IMG/VR virus record: IMGVR_UViG_3300032324_000909
Coordinates: 64,001-128,000 of that record
Strand: one strand, 5' to 3'
Source: a virus
Lineage: Duplodnaviria; Caudoviricetes
DNA: 64,000 nt
Shown here: positions 29,609 through 39,775 of the stretch, one piece after another
Layout: each line of letters opens with the position of its first letter
How positions within the stretch are numbered: the first letter of the stretch is position 1
The notes under the pieces: model-generated
Seen by the model: only the letters and a program-made list of their open reading frames with translations
What the model was told of the DNA's origin: nothing
Databases searched by the model: none
Translations under genes and position numbers: made by a program

Positions 29609-29656
29609 ATATTGATTTTTATTAATTAAAAGTGTAATAATATATACCATAATTCT

Positions 29657-30958
29657 ATGCCACTTCCTAGCCCCAAAAAACAAGAAAAGCGTTCTGAGTT
29701 CGTATCACGTTGTATTGGCGACGACCAAACAGCTAAAGACTTTCCAGACCAAAAGCAAAGAATTGCTATCTGCTATACGCAGTGGGACAGTGCAAAAAAA
29801 GAAGCAACCGCAGTAGTAGGCAGTGGTGATAATGAAGTTTTATTTTCCGCCCAAAAAACTTATGGGGGCAAAAAGCGTAGTGAATTAAAAAATAGTGATT
29901 TCCTATATCCAAACGAAAGAAGTTTCCCCATCGTAACACCAGCTGATGTTAAGGATGCTGTTAGTAGTTTTGGAAGTAGTAAGGGGAAGGATTACAATGA
30001 TTTTAAGCGTAGACTAGTAAAAAAGGTAAGATCAAGAGGTGCTGACTTTGTAAAAGCACTTCCCCAGTCAATTAAGGATGAGTATAAAATCAAAGCCTCT
30101 GAAGATACCATTGAAGACTATCAAGCTGAATTTCTCGGTATGTCGCTATCTTCATTGAAATCAATTAAAGCTAGGATTGACTCTATTTTCATGGCATTGG
30201 AAGCTGACGAGAACGCCAAATATAACTTAACAGAGCCTTGGCTACAGGGGAAAATAGCCATTATTGATGACAATCTTAAGGATGTTGCTGATTACATACT
30301 ATTTACAGACGAATCCGACGAAGATGAAACTGAATCGGAAACAGAAAACGAGGACACCATGTACACCATGGACACCATGGAGACAGAAGATATAGAGGAA
30401 ACAGAAAATGAATCCGGCGAAGAAACCGAGAACGAAACTGAAGAATATATGACCGCAGAAGATCTTACGGTTGATAATCTTTATATTCCAGAAGAGAGCG
30501 AATATGTAAGTAATGAAGAAATTGCCCTTAATGAGGCGGATACGTTTCAATACGACATCGCAAAAGAAAGACCCGGTCTTTGGGAGAATATAAGACGCAA
30601 GAAAAAAAGAGAGGGGAAAAATTATAAACCAGCCAAGGTTGGAGATAAAGACCGTCCCTCGCCAGAGGCTTGGGAAAAAGCTCAAGGCGCTGAATACCAA
30701 GGCAGTAAAGTTACATTAAATAGGCCATTCAGAACTCCAAATGGCCCCAAAAAATTTGCGGTGTATACTAAAAATGAAAGTGGTAATGTTGTTATTGTAA
30801 GATTCGGTGACCCAAATATGGAAATTAAGCGCGACATACCACAGCGCAGAGAAAACTTTAGATCAAGACATAATTGTGACAATCCGGGTCCAAAATGGAA
30901 AGCAAGATACTGGTCATGCCAGTGGTCTTGGTCGCCTAGTAAGAAGGTTGGCGCTTAA
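29657..30958 (+). CDS. multi-module phage protein, putative virion/head-associated
   Basis: Modules MPLP..FVSRC..QRIAICY, RSFPI, acidic tract, PGLWENI, AEYQG..VTLNRP..RFGDPNM..RHNC..ARYWSC; GTGTAA at 29632. Confidence 0.6.
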   Translation: MPLPSPKKQEKRSEFVSRCIGDDQTAKDFPDQKQRIAICYTQWDSAKKEATAVVGSGDNEVLFSAQKTYGGKKRSELKNSDFLYPNERSFPIVTPADVKDAVSSFGSSKGKDYNDFKRRLVKKVRSRGADFVKALPQSIKDEYKIKASEDTIEDYQAEFLGMSLSSLKSIKARIDSIFMALEADENAKYNLTEPWLQGKIAIIDDNLKDVADYILFTDESDEDETESETENEDTMYTMDTMETEDIEETENESGEETENETEEYMTAEDLTVDNLYIPEESEYVSNEEIALNEADTFQYDIAKERPGLWENIRRKKKREGKNYKPAKVGDKDRPSPEAWEKAQGAEYQGSKVTLNRPFRTPNGPKKFAVYTKNESGNVVIVRFGDPNMEIKRDIPQRRENFRSRHNCDNPGPKWKARYWSCQWSWSPSKKVGA

Positions 30959-30998
30959 TTTAATTGACATTAAATAAATATTAACTTATAATGCAATA

Positions 30999-31295
30999 AT
31001 GAACGCATTATGGACAATTGAAGGTTGTGACTGGCAAGAACAGTTAACGGCACCTAAGGATTCTAACCCTATGGAATTAGCCACGCTAGTTATAGAAACT
31101 TTAATAAAAAAAAGCAATAGCGCCCTAGACATTCCGTCACCACCTAATTTGGGTATGGTAATTATGGTTTCAAATGACAAAATGTCCTCTGTAGACGAGA
31201 CATATGTTTGCTATACCCCATCAGTTTTGGCAAATGCTGGTTATTATACCGAAGCAGACAATCTACAAAAAAAGATTGACGGAATGTTAAAATGA
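30999..31295 (+). CDS. hypothetical protein
   Basis: TTGACA-17-TATAAT-6-ATG. Confidence 0.65.
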   Translation: MNALWTIEGCDWQEQLTAPKDSNPMELATLVIETLIKKSNSALDIPSPPNLGMVIMVSNDKMSSVDETYVCYTPSVLANAGYYTEADNLQKKIDGMLK

Positions 31296-31310
31296 TACTA
31301 TCTTCATTAC

Positions 31311-31562
31311 ATGAAGACAATATTATTAGCAATCCTATTAGGAACGAGTTCAGCTTTTTGTTCTGATATCAAACCTCCAGAGTATAGGCAAGTAACAATA
31401 ATTGGACTTGGCTCAACATCATTTAATGCATGTAATGATGCAAATACCAGAATGTACAATAGTAAAAAAAGATTTACAGATCAGTGCAGGGTGGACCTAA
31501 GACCATTGCCCAATGGTGGATATATTTCTATAATAACCAGAACTGAAAAAATCATACATTAA
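31311..31562 (+). CDS. small exported protein
   Basis: Signal peptide MKTILLAILLGTSSAFC; TTGACG 35 nt upstream. Confidence 0.6.
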   Translation: MKTILLAILLGTSSAFCSDIKPPEYRQVTIIGLGSTSFNACNDANTRMYNSKKRFTDQCRVDLRPLPNGGYISIITRTEKIIH

Positions 31563-31563
31563 A

Positions 31564-32820
31564 ATGTCAAAAGCATTAGATTTCCAAGAATATCAAAAAA
31601 TTTTAAATTCTTTGGTAAATTATCATGCAATATTTTACCAATTCTGGAGATTAATAAAGCCATGTTTTTCAGAAGAAATCGACACAGCGTGTGTTAGCTT
31701 TAATAACGATGGCAAATGTGTGGAATTTTTAATTAACGAAGATTTCTGGAAATCTATTTCAGAAAGAAAAAAGCAATTTGTTATTTGTCATGAGTGTATG
31801 CATGTAATTAACTCTCACGGCAAACGCGGGAAGAAAAAACTAGCGCAAAATATTGAACAAGCTAATTGCGCGATGGATATAGTAGTAAATGAGTCACTTG
31901 TAAAGTATTTTGGCTTTAATAAAATAGAAATAGATCCGAAAAATGAATATGTTTGGTTTAATTCTATATTTAAAAATAAACCAGAAATTTTAAGGGAAAA
32001 TAGTTTTGAATACTATTTAAATAAAATTATAGAAGAAAACATAGAGGTTCCACAAAACTCACAATCTTACGTGAACAATCACTCGGGACTAGATATTCCA
32101 GAAGATTTCGCACAAAAAATAATAAACTCACTTTCTGACGAGGAAGCAGATATTTTAAAAAATATTGCACAAAGAAGTGAGCAGAATAGCAAAAACGAAA
32201 ATAATAGCGATAAGATAGCTGGATCGCAAAGTGGCAATTTAATAAAAAAACTAGAAAAGAAACCAATAAAACAAAAATCCAAATGGGAAACAATTATTAA
32301 ACGGTTTGAAAAAAGTTTTGGAAAAGAAGAAACAACCGACTCTTATTGGGCGTTAAGAGATAGAAGGATGTACAATATCATATCTGATATTTGCCTGCCA
32401 TCTGAAATTGAGTTTAGTATAAGAAAAACAAATAAAGACAAAATCAAGACTTATTTTTTTATGGACACAAGTGGCTCATGTCAAGGACTAGCACAACGCT
32501 TCTTTGATGCAGCTAACAGTATTAATAAAGATAAATTCGATGTTGAGTATTATTGTTTTGATACGCAAGTATACAAAGTCAACATGAAAGATAAAAAATT
32601 ATTTGGCTTTGGTGGCACGAGCTTTAGGTGTATTAGTGATTTTGTATATAAGCAAAAGAACGCAAATCCTTATGTTTGGGTTTTGACTGATGGTTATGGA
32701 GACTATCCTCCTATACCTGATAAAGAACAAGAAAAATGGAGCTGGTTTTTAACCAAGGATAATTGCCAAAGATACATTCCGAGAGGGTGCAAAACATACC
32801 TTTTAGAAAATTTTGAGTAG
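31564..32820 (+). CDS. metallopeptidase-VWA protein (DUF2201-like)
   Basis: HECMH, N.AMD..VN, DTSGS MIDAS, GGTSF, LTDG. Confidence 0.85.
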   Translation: MSKALDFQEYQKILNSLVNYHAIFYQFWRLIKPCFSEEIDTACVSFNNDGKCVEFLINEDFWKSISERKKQFVICHECMHVINSHGKRGKKKLAQNIEQANCAMDIVVNESLVKYFGFNKIEIDPKNEYVWFNSIFKNKPEILRENSFEYYLNKIIEENIEVPQNSQSYVNNHSGLDIPEDFAQKIINSLSDEEADILKNIAQRSEQNSKNENNSDKIAGSQSGNLIKKLEKKPIKQKSKWETIIKRFEKSFGKEETTDSYWALRDRRMYNIISDICLPSEIEFSIRKTNKDKIKTYFFMDTSGSCQGLAQRFFDAANSINKDKFDVEYYCFDTQVYKVNMKDKKLFGFGGTSFRCISDFVYKQKNANPYVWVLTDGYGDYPPIPDKEQEKWSWFLTKDNCQRYIPRGCKTYLLENFE

Positions 32821-32852
32821 ACATTTATACAAAAATGAAATAATATACCTTT

Positions 32853-33890
32853 ATGCTAAACTCGCAAGAATTAGAAAACAAACTTCGAATTTATTTAAAA
32901 TTAAATAAAAATGTAATGCTAGAGGGCAAGCACGGAGTTGGTAAAACAGCATTGATTCAAAAAATCTTTAATGAAGAATTTGGCGAGAATAACTGGATAT
33001 ATTTCTCTTCTAGTACCCTAGACCCATGGACAGATTTAATTGGTGTACCCAAAGAATCGAAAATAAATAATGAACCTTGTTTGGATTTTATATTGCCGAA
33101 ACAAATGATCAATACTAATTTAAAAGCAATGTTCTTCGATGAGTATAACAGAAGCCACAAGAAAGTCAGAAATGCTACCATGGAACTAATACAGTTTAAA
33201 AGCATTAATGGTAGAAAATTTCCTAATCTAAAAGTAGTATGGGCGGCAATTAATCCCTCAGATGACGAGGATGAAACATACGATGTGGAAAATCTAGATT
33301 CGGCACAAATTGACCGCTTTCAAATTAAAATCAAAGTTCCCTATGTTCCTGATTTCGATTATTTTAATAATAAATTCGGAACCAAAATTGCCCATGGAGC
33401 AATTGAGTGGTGGGATGGATTACCAAAAGACGCTCAAAAACTAGTGTCACCAAGGCGTTTAGACTATGCGCTTGAAGTTTTTAATGAAGGTGGCGATATA
33501 TACGACGTTTTAGACGAAAAAACTAATCCTACAAAACTATTAGTTACATTGCAAGTTGGCAGTTTGGAAAGTAAGATTAAACAACTATTTGAAGAAAAAA
33601 ATGGCAAAGAAACACGGGAGTTTTTTACAAATGAAAACAATTTCCAAGGATCCCTGCCAATAATTAAAAGAAACAAAGAATATTTAAAATTCTTTTTGCC
33701 GCTAATTAATAACGAACGACTTACAGCAGTATTTTTCTCTGACGAGAAATCTCAGAAATATATTCTAGAAAACTCACAAATGTTCAAAGACGCGCTAGAA
33801 GAAATATCTAAACTAAAGGCAATTGATCCAATGATACTATCAAAAATCAATCAGTCGTTAAAAAAAATTGGTAATGTTGTATACTTTTAA
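32853..33890 (+). CDS. MoxR-like AAA+ ATPase
   Basis: GKHGVGKT, FFDEYNR, AAINP, LDSAQIDRF, SPRR. Confidence 0.85.
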   Translation: MLNSQELENKLRIYLKLNKNVMLEGKHGVGKTALIQKIFNEEFGENNWIYFSSSTLDPWTDLIGVPKESKINNEPCLDFILPKQMINTNLKAMFFDEYNRSHKKVRNATMELIQFKSINGRKFPNLKVVWAAINPSDDEDETYDVENLDSAQIDRFQIKIKVPYVPDFDYFNNKFGTKIAHGAIEWWDGLPKDAQKLVSPRRLDYALEVFNEGGDIYDVLDEKTNPTKLLVTLQVGSLESKIKQLFEEKNGKETREFFTNENNFQGSLPIIKRNKEYLKFFLPLINNERLTAVFFSDEKSQKYILENSQMFKDALEEISKLKAIDPMILSKINQSLKKIGNVVYF

Positions 33891-34099
33891 AAATTAAGCA
33901 TACTCCTAAGAAATGACCATGCGGCTAACCCAGCCAAGCCATATGAGCCTATCATAGCGGCACCTATTGTGGCCCCAAAAATCATACATAAAACAGTGAG
34001 CAATAGGGCAATTATACTTAGAATGAGCAGTAAGTCAAAAACTGTACAAATTGCCCTTAACTTCCTTCTTTTGTTAACTGTAGTGCTCCTTTGTTTCAT
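33887..34099 (-). CDS. small two-TM membrane protein (holin-like candidate)
   Basis: Basic N-terminus plus two hydrophobic helices. Confidence 0.45.
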   Translation of the reverse strand: MKQRSTTVNKRRKLRAICTVFDLLLILSIIALLLTVLCMIFGATIGAAMIGSYGLAGLAAWSFLRSMLNF

Positions 34100-34106
34100 T
34101 TTGTTT

Positions 34107-34433
34107 TTAATTTTTTGACTGTTCCATTAATCGCAATAAAACTGCGGATGTTTTTTCAAGATCTCTGATTCTCGAATCAATTGATTGTAACTGAGATGTT
34201 TGAGTGGCATCTATTTGATTTTTAATTTCTAATTGTGCCAAAATTAACTCAATTTTTTTAACCCTATCATCCATGCGCTCAAACTGTATTCTACTTGTAT
34301 AATTTTGCTGTAAATACAAATTTGCCGCCATAAAAGCAAGAACGGAAACTTTCCAGATATTATCTACAGATAAGATGTTATCTAACTTTGGTTTTTTTAT
34401 AAAATCGTTAACTTGCTCTTTGCTAATTGACAT
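34107..34433 (-). CDS. membrane-anchored coiled-coil protein
   Basis: Short hydrophobic segment then heptad repeats; likely ATG at 34433. Confidence 0.5.
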   Translation of the reverse strand: MSISKEQVNDFIKKPKLDNILSVDNIWKVSVLAFMAANLYLQQNYTSRIQFERMDDRVKKIELILAQLEIKNQIDATQTSQLQSIDSRIRDLEKTSAVLLRLMEQSKN

Positions 34434-34530
34434 ATACTTATTTACATTCAAATAAATTTATTTTACATTAAATTGTATATTTCATGTAAAAATTATTGAA
34501 TATATCTTATATATTGTATATATAACCGTA

Positions 34531-35325
34531 TTACTGTTCTTCCCAGTACCCGTTTTCATCTATGCTCCAATTTATTGCCTCCTCACTATCTGGTCTTTGG
34601 CGATAAAAATAACCTATAGAACCTTCTTGAAGGTATGTGTAGTTACATAATTCATGGCACAATAAAATTAATTTAAAATTAACAGACAAAGTAGCTGCAA
34701 CAGCTGCCTCTTGGTTAGCATAATTACTCCAACTACCAAGCACATTACCATACTTGTCCAAAGCTATAAGATCACCATATAATACAAGTTCTGTACTATC
34801 GCGCGCAAATCTAACCCATTTTACTATAAACCAATCGTCTAACCATTTTTGTACACGACGTTTCGCCTCAAAAGAATGCCAGTACTGCCCAAAATCACGA
34901 ACATTTTTAACCCAATCAAAATTATTTATTAATAATTCATTTTCACTCGCCCAAGGACATTTATCACTCGAAGCTACGGGACCAAGACTAGCAAAAGAAT
35001 TAAATGGGGGTGAGTCCGGTGGCCACCCCGCAATAACTTGTGTGGCCGGAGTTAATACTACCTTAAATTTTTCTTCTGCAGTTATGGATATACTAGGACC
35101 TGATCTCTGCTGTTGTTGAATAACTAACGGCCTTTGAGTAACTGCAACCCCCACAACATCAGGAGCTAACGTAATATCAAAATCCCATCTTAATGGGATT
35201 TGTAAATTCAATTTACGTTCTTGAAAACTATTAGATCTACTATATCCGCCATTCTCTATAGGGTCAAAAGTTCCATCTGGAAGGATTTGCCCTTGATTAG
35301 GAGGTGGGGATGGTATCCAGTTCAT
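34531..35325 (-). CDS. hypothetical, putative late/virion protein
   Basis: ATG 35325 preceded by GTGTAA motif (35338-35333). Confidence 0.55.
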   Translation of the reverse strand: MNWIPSPPPNQGQILPDGTFDPIENGGYSRSNSFQERKLNLQIPLRWDFDITLAPDVVGVAVTQRPLVIQQQQRSGPSISITAEEKFKVVLTPATQVIAGWPPDSPPFNSFASLGPVASSDKCPWASENELLINNFDWVKNVRDFGQYWHSFEAKRRVQKWLDDWFIVKWVRFARDSTELVLYGDLIALDKYGNVLGSWSNYANQEAAVAATLSVNFKLILLCHELCNYTYLQEGSIGYFYRQRPDSEEAINWSIDENGYWEEQ

Positions 35326-35389
35326 ATATATATTACACAATTAATAAAAATTATATTGATTATTTATTAAAATTTATTTATATATAGAT

Positions 35390-35926
35390 ATGCATTACCA
35401 AGAAAAAGTAAAAGAGTTCATGAACGTATTTGGTCAAGAATGCCCCAGCATACCAACAATACCTTCTACAGATATTAGAATTTTAAGAATAAAGTTACTT
35501 TTAGAGGAGGTTTTGGAACTTGCCGAAGCAAGTAGTATTCGAATACTCGATACATTTAATACCCCCCTAGATACCAGCTCAATTAAAACAAATAAAATCA
35601 AATTCAAAGAAATTCAAAACATTCCAGTATCCCTAGTTGGGATAGCGGATGCGGTTGCGGATATTTCCTACGTTAATTACGGCGCGGCGAATGCCTATGG
35701 AATAGATATTGCGCCAGTTGAGGAAGAGGTTCATAATTCAAACATGACCAAACTGTTTACGGAAGAAGAGGTAATGCAATTAAATCCAGATCTTTATACA
35801 GTAAAGCCCGTTGAGTTTTCGGGAAGGTCATTTCTTGTCAAAGCAAGGGATGGGAAAGTTCAAAAAAGCCCATCCTATACACCAGCAAACGTTGGTAAAT
35901 ATATTGATCAACAAAAAAATACGTAA
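35390..35926 (+). CDS. MazG-like/PRA-PH NTP pyrophosphohydrolase (DR2231 dUTPase-like)
   Basis: EEVLEL, DAVADISYV, EVHNSNMTK, DGKVQK. Confidence 0.85.
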   Translation: MHYQEKVKEFMNVFGQECPSIPTIPSTDIRILRIKLLLEEVLELAEASSIRILDTFNTPLDTSSIKTNKIKFKEIQNIPVSLVGIADAVADISYVNYGAANAYGIDIAPVEEEVHNSNMTKLFTEEEVMQLNPDLYTVKPVEFSGRSFLVKARDGKVQKSPSYTPANVGKYIDQQKNT

Positions 35927-35985
35927 TCACATATTTTCTCTTTATAAAATAGTTTTTTTAAATTAACTAATATAGGTTTGCAATT

Positions 35986-36474
35986 TTAAAATTGCTCAAT
36001 TGAAACAGTAATTGGTGGGGCAACTTTTAATATACGCAAACTAGGGCAGGTTGTATATTCGACAGGAATCTGAAGAACTATAGGTAAATTAAGTGCAAAT
36101 ACTCTTGCTTGCCCCTCAGTATTAATTGATGGCACTCTCTCAGGGTATCTCTTATAAAAAGCTTTAACCACTATTTCGGTATTGTTTTTATAAAATTCAT
36201 ATAAACCACCAATAATTGACATTTGCTCCTCTGTTGGCGAAGTCATTGTTAATAAACTATTATAATAATCAACGGCCCCTCTTTCTATTGATGATGGTGT
36301 TATAGAATATTGTCCGAATCTGACAGCCAAAGGGTTGGTATAGTCTGCCCCACCAGTAAAATTTTCTGTCCTTAATGAGAATACTGATTGCGCGTTAGAC
36401 GCGAGATTACGCGCTCCAATAAATTCTGCGTAAAAATTTCTTCTTGCCCTTATGTTAACAGCGGCTTGTGGCAT
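35986..36474 (-). CDS. hypothetical, putative virion protein
   Basis: Last gene of minus-strand operon. Confidence 0.55.
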   Translation of the reverse strand: MPQAAVNIRARRNFYAEFIGARNLASNAQSVFSLRTENFTGGADYTNPLAVRFGQYSITPSSIERGAVDYYNSLLTMTSPTEEQMSIIGGLYEFYKNNTEIVVKAFYKRYPERVPSINTEGQARVFALNLPIVLQIPVEYTTCPSLRILKVAPPITVSIEQF

Positions 36475-36485
36475 AACAAATTTGC

Positions 36486-37616
36486 CTAGCTATCCTCACC
36501 AGTAGTTAATGATGATGGAGTGGTATTAATTAGCTGCCTGTAAGTATTTTGTACAGAATATTTCTGTTCCTCTATATCTTTAATAGCATTCAAATAGGCA
36601 GTAGACTGTGCAAATCTATCGGTTCTAGCAATACCATTGCCAATGCCACTATAAGAATTTAAAAATAAATTATTTAATACTAAATCAAGTTCCCCACTTA
36701 AAGATACGGACAGCCCCTCAAAAGAACTTCCGCTAGAAAATAAATTTTGAATACCAGTATTATATATAGAAAGATCTAGCATTTTACTGGAAAAACCCCC
36801 AGTGCTTAATATAAAAATAGAGTAAGGAACTCCCGATGGTATTGTGCCATCCCAAGTAACTCCGGAATTTACATTTCCAAGAGTATTACCATAAAGATTA
36901 AAAAAGTTAGTTCCTGTCAAATTTCCAGACTGTTTTAAATAATCATTAAAACCACTTAAAAATCCTCCCGATAAATACGGGTTGGCAACCAAACCACTTG
37001 CTATACATCCGGTTTTATTTACGCTAGTTACGCCAGAATAAAAACTACCAGTAGCATATGAACCAGTAGTATATAAACCACTAAAAGCCCTGCCAGTAAT
37101 CAAATCATGGTCAGATACGAATACTATTTTTTTATCTGCCTCACTACCAGTTGTAACACACAATAAACCATCAATTACACTATCACATTTACCATAATAA
37201 TTATTAGGATAAATACGTGCGCTAAAATCTAATGCGCCATATTCTATAGAATGCCCAGTCACTAGTCTCACTGGGTTAAAAGTAAGATTTTCATTATCCG
37301 TATCTCCCAATTTTAAACCCAATGGGATCAAAAATTTCTGATATTCTCCATATTGAGTATCTTCAATACTAATTTCTGATGTATAAAATATATTAGAATC
37401 TTGAGATAAAACAGTACAATCGAATTTATTTGTACCCTTTTCTACTAGAATACCTGCCGTAAATACAGACGAATCATCAGATATAATTGGTCTAACTGAG
37501 GTTTTAGAAACACTAGCTTTATTAGCGCCAGTTGCGAATAAGTTAGTGCCTTTCAGTACCGAAATTTCTAATGAATTTCCTAATTTTTTGTAAATTTCTT
37601 CTGTATTTAGCGACAT
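36486..37616 (-). CDS. Ser/Gly/Thr-rich putative virion (tail) protein
   Basis: Dense SG/TG dipeptides, beta-rich composition. Confidence 0.55.
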   Translation of the reverse strand: MSLNTEEIYKKLGNSLEISVLKGTNLFATGANKASVSKTSVRPIISDDSSVFTAGILVEKGTNKFDCTVLSQDSNIFYTSEISIEDTQYGEYQKFLIPLGLKLGDTDNENLTFNPVRLVTGHSIEYGALDFSARIYPNNYYGKCDSVIDGLLCVTTGSEADKKIVFVSDHDLITGRAFSGLYTTGSYATGSFYSGVTSVNKTGCIASGLVANPYLSGGFLSGFNDYLKQSGNLTGTNFFNLYGNTLGNVNSGVTWDGTIPSGVPYSIFILSTGGFSSKMLDLSIYNTGIQNLFSSGSSFEGLSVSLSGELDLVLNNLFLNSYSGIGNGIARTDRFAQSTAYLNAIKDIEEQKYSVQNTYRQLINTTPSSLTTGEDS

Positions 37617-37618
37617 AA

Positions 37619-38245
37619 TTATATTAGTGTTAGTGTTTTATTGCCAGTATTTAAACTAAAACAGTTACCATAAACACAAATTCTATGCCCACTTGCTGGA
37701 GTTACGGGTATATTTACAGTTTTTAAACTAGATGCATATGTATATAAGTTAATATTATTTCCGGAGCAATCAATTACCCCTATTAAACTATTTAGGCCAG
37801 CGCCACTAATAGTAACGAACTCAGAAAAATAGCCAGATGGAGTATCACTTGATTTAGCCCCAGTATAAGGAGAACCATTAAATTCAATAGAATAGGGTAA
37901 GTAATTACTCCCAAGCTTCTTTAAATCTTGTTTAGAAAAAATTAAATCTTTATAAATATTATTCCCACTAACAGCAATTATATTACCACTTGGTAATGTA
38001 CCACTATAGGTACTTACGCTGTCATATAACGCTACCTTTGAAGTATTAAAAATATCATTAAATGATTTATATGTAACTGCCACTTGAGGTGGGCGCGTTA
38101 AGTCGTCAGAACGAGAAATCGAAAGTGTTCCACCAAGCGAATAATCACTACTTCCCGAGTAGGAAATCGGGGAAATATTAGATAAATTTTTTAAAGAGCT
38201 AGAAACCTGAGCCTGTCCCAACTTTTTATTTTCAACAACATTCAT
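37619..38245 (-). CDS. Ser/Gly-rich putative virion protein
   Basis: SG-rich; GTGTAA motif at 38261-38256. Confidence 0.55.
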   Translation of the reverse strand: MNVVENKKLGQAQVSSSLKNLSNISPISYSGSSDYSLGGTLSISRSDDLTRPPQVAVTYKSFNDIFNTSKVALYDSVSTYSGTLPSGNIIAVSGNNIYKDLIFSKQDLKKLGSNYLPYSIEFNGSPYTGAKSSDTPSGYFSEFVTISGAGLNSLIGVIDCSGNNINLYTYASSLKTVNIPVTPASGHRICVYGNCFSLNTGNKTLTLI

Positions 38246-38307
38246 TACAGATTATTTACACTATTTTTATAAATCGTATCACTTATTAGCTATGATTTAA
38301 TAGCGAC

Positions 38308-38757
38308 ATGAGCAGCGAATACAATGAACAGCTAGAACTATTAGACAACTTAGTTGTTAATATTTTATTTTGTGCTGCGCCAAAATCAACCCTAGTTCTC
38401 ACCAGAAATAAGAAGATTATAAAAAATGCATTTTATAATATATTTGGTTTATATATAAAAAATACAAATCAATACGCGGTTTTTCTTAAAATATTTGACA
38501 TTTCAAAGAAAAAGTATACCAATAATCAATATATAAGCATGAAATATAATGATACTTATATCTTTAATACAAAAGAAGAAGTTTTCGCATATTTAACAAA
38601 TTTTATGCTAGACACGAAAGAACATCAAAGATTCTTAAACGAAGAAATTATAAATAATAGTAACGATTTATCTGGTACCAAAGCGGTATTTATAATGAAT
38701 GAGTGGCAAAAAATTATAACAGACCACTTTAATTCAAAACACTTAAAAAATAAGTAG
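38308..38757 (+). CDS. hypothetical protein
   Basis: Intact 149-aa ORF. Confidence 0.55.
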   Translation: MSSEYNEQLELLDNLVVNILFCAAPKSTLVLTRNKKIIKNAFYNIFGLYIKNTNQYAVFLKIFDISKKKYTNNQYISMKYNDTYIFNTKEEVFAYLTNFMLDTKEHQRFLNEEIINNSNDLSGTKAVFIMNEWQKIITDHFNSKHLKNK

Positions 38758-38758
38758 T

Positions 38759-39103
38759 TTAATTCTGTAGACTTGCGTAACCCCAAATATTATTACCTGT
38801 TTCATTACAGTATAATCTAATATGACTAACAGGCGAGTCCATAAAAGCGGGCGCGGCATAGCCTGACGCAACCTGACTAAATTCATATATGTCAATGCCC
38901 TCATAGATGCCACCAGTCTGAAAAACAGCTGATCCAGATAATGCTGTTTTACACTGTACTCCAACTGTTACAGTACCGGATTTATTGCCGTAAACTGCAA
39001 GCATGATATTTCTAGCCACCGCAACGTTTGCCCATTCCCCAGTAAAGGGAGTGGCCTGTCCTGTAGCTAAACTCGCTGTTCCAATGAATGAATATGCTGG
39101 CAT
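38759..39103 (-). CDS. putative virion protein (beta-rich)
   Basis: ATG 39103 preceded by GTGTAA (39117-39112); Ala/Gly/Thr-rich. Confidence 0.55.
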   Translation of the reverse strand: MPAYSFIGTASLATGQATPFTGEWANVAVARNIMLAVYGNKSGTVTVGVQCKTALSGSAVFQTGGIYEGIDIYEFSQVASGYAAPAFMDSPVSHIRLYCNETGNNIWGYASLQN

Positions 39104-39156
39104 AAACAATATTACACGCTATTTTGGAATTTGACAGCAGTTTATCTATAATTAAT

Positions 39157-39285
39157 ATGGACGAAATTAACAAAATTTTTGTGCAGATAGCTTCATATAG
39201 AGATCCGGAGCTACTACCAACCATAAAAGACTGTCTCGACAAGGCAAAATATCCAGAAAATCTTACTTTTGGTATATTGGTGTAA
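39157..39285 (+). pseudogene. 42-codon N-terminal remnant of a GT60/PF11397-like GlcNAc transferase
   Basis: MDEINKIFVQIASYRDPELLPTIKDCLDKAKYPENLTFGILV*; IFVxIASYRD is the family N-terminal motif. Confidence 0.75.
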
Positions 39286-39310
39286 TATAAAATATTTCGA
39301 ATAGATAGTA

Positions 39311-39730
39311 ATGAAAAAGATAACTGCACAAAAAATACTTAGAAATATATGTGCAGACTATTCAGTAAAAATACGTTTTCAACAAAAATTAAAAAACTAC
39401 ACCGGATCCATTGTTGATGGGCTATGTTCGCCATGCCCCCAAAAACGAGTTATTTATATTAATAAAAGTTTCTCAAATAATAGAATGGCTTCCGCCATGT
39501 TTCATGAACTTGGACATATATACTGTATGGATCATGGCATTTGGAAAAAATTTCATGAAGAAGTAGTGTCGCCACAAATAGCATTTAAAGTAGAAAACTG
39601 GATAGAATGGTGGGCAAAAAAAGAATGGGACGCAAGAAAAATGAGAAAAATATTTGGACACTATAGCTTTTCTTATTCTAAATCTAGAGAGAGAGAAATA
39701 CTAGAATGGATAAAAAAACATTACAGTTAA
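39311..39730 (+). CDS. ImmA/IrrE-like zinc metallopeptidase domain protein
   Basis: IYIN.....R....FHELGH...E. Confidence 0.6.
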   Translation: MKKITAQKILRNICADYSVKIRFQQKLKNYTGSIVDGLCSPCPQKRVIYINKSFSNNRMASAMFHELGHIYCMDHGIWKKFHEEVVSPQIAFKVENWIEWWAKKEWDARKMRKIFGHYSFSYSKSREREILEWIKKHYS

Positions 39731-39775
39731 AATTATATTGACTTTTGTTAAAACATATTCTATATTACTAGAATA

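Noticed and set aside
30353-30379. 9-bp tandem repeat (G/T)ACACCATG x3
   Set aside because: Low-complexity in-frame expansion in an acidic linker; no evidence of a separate function
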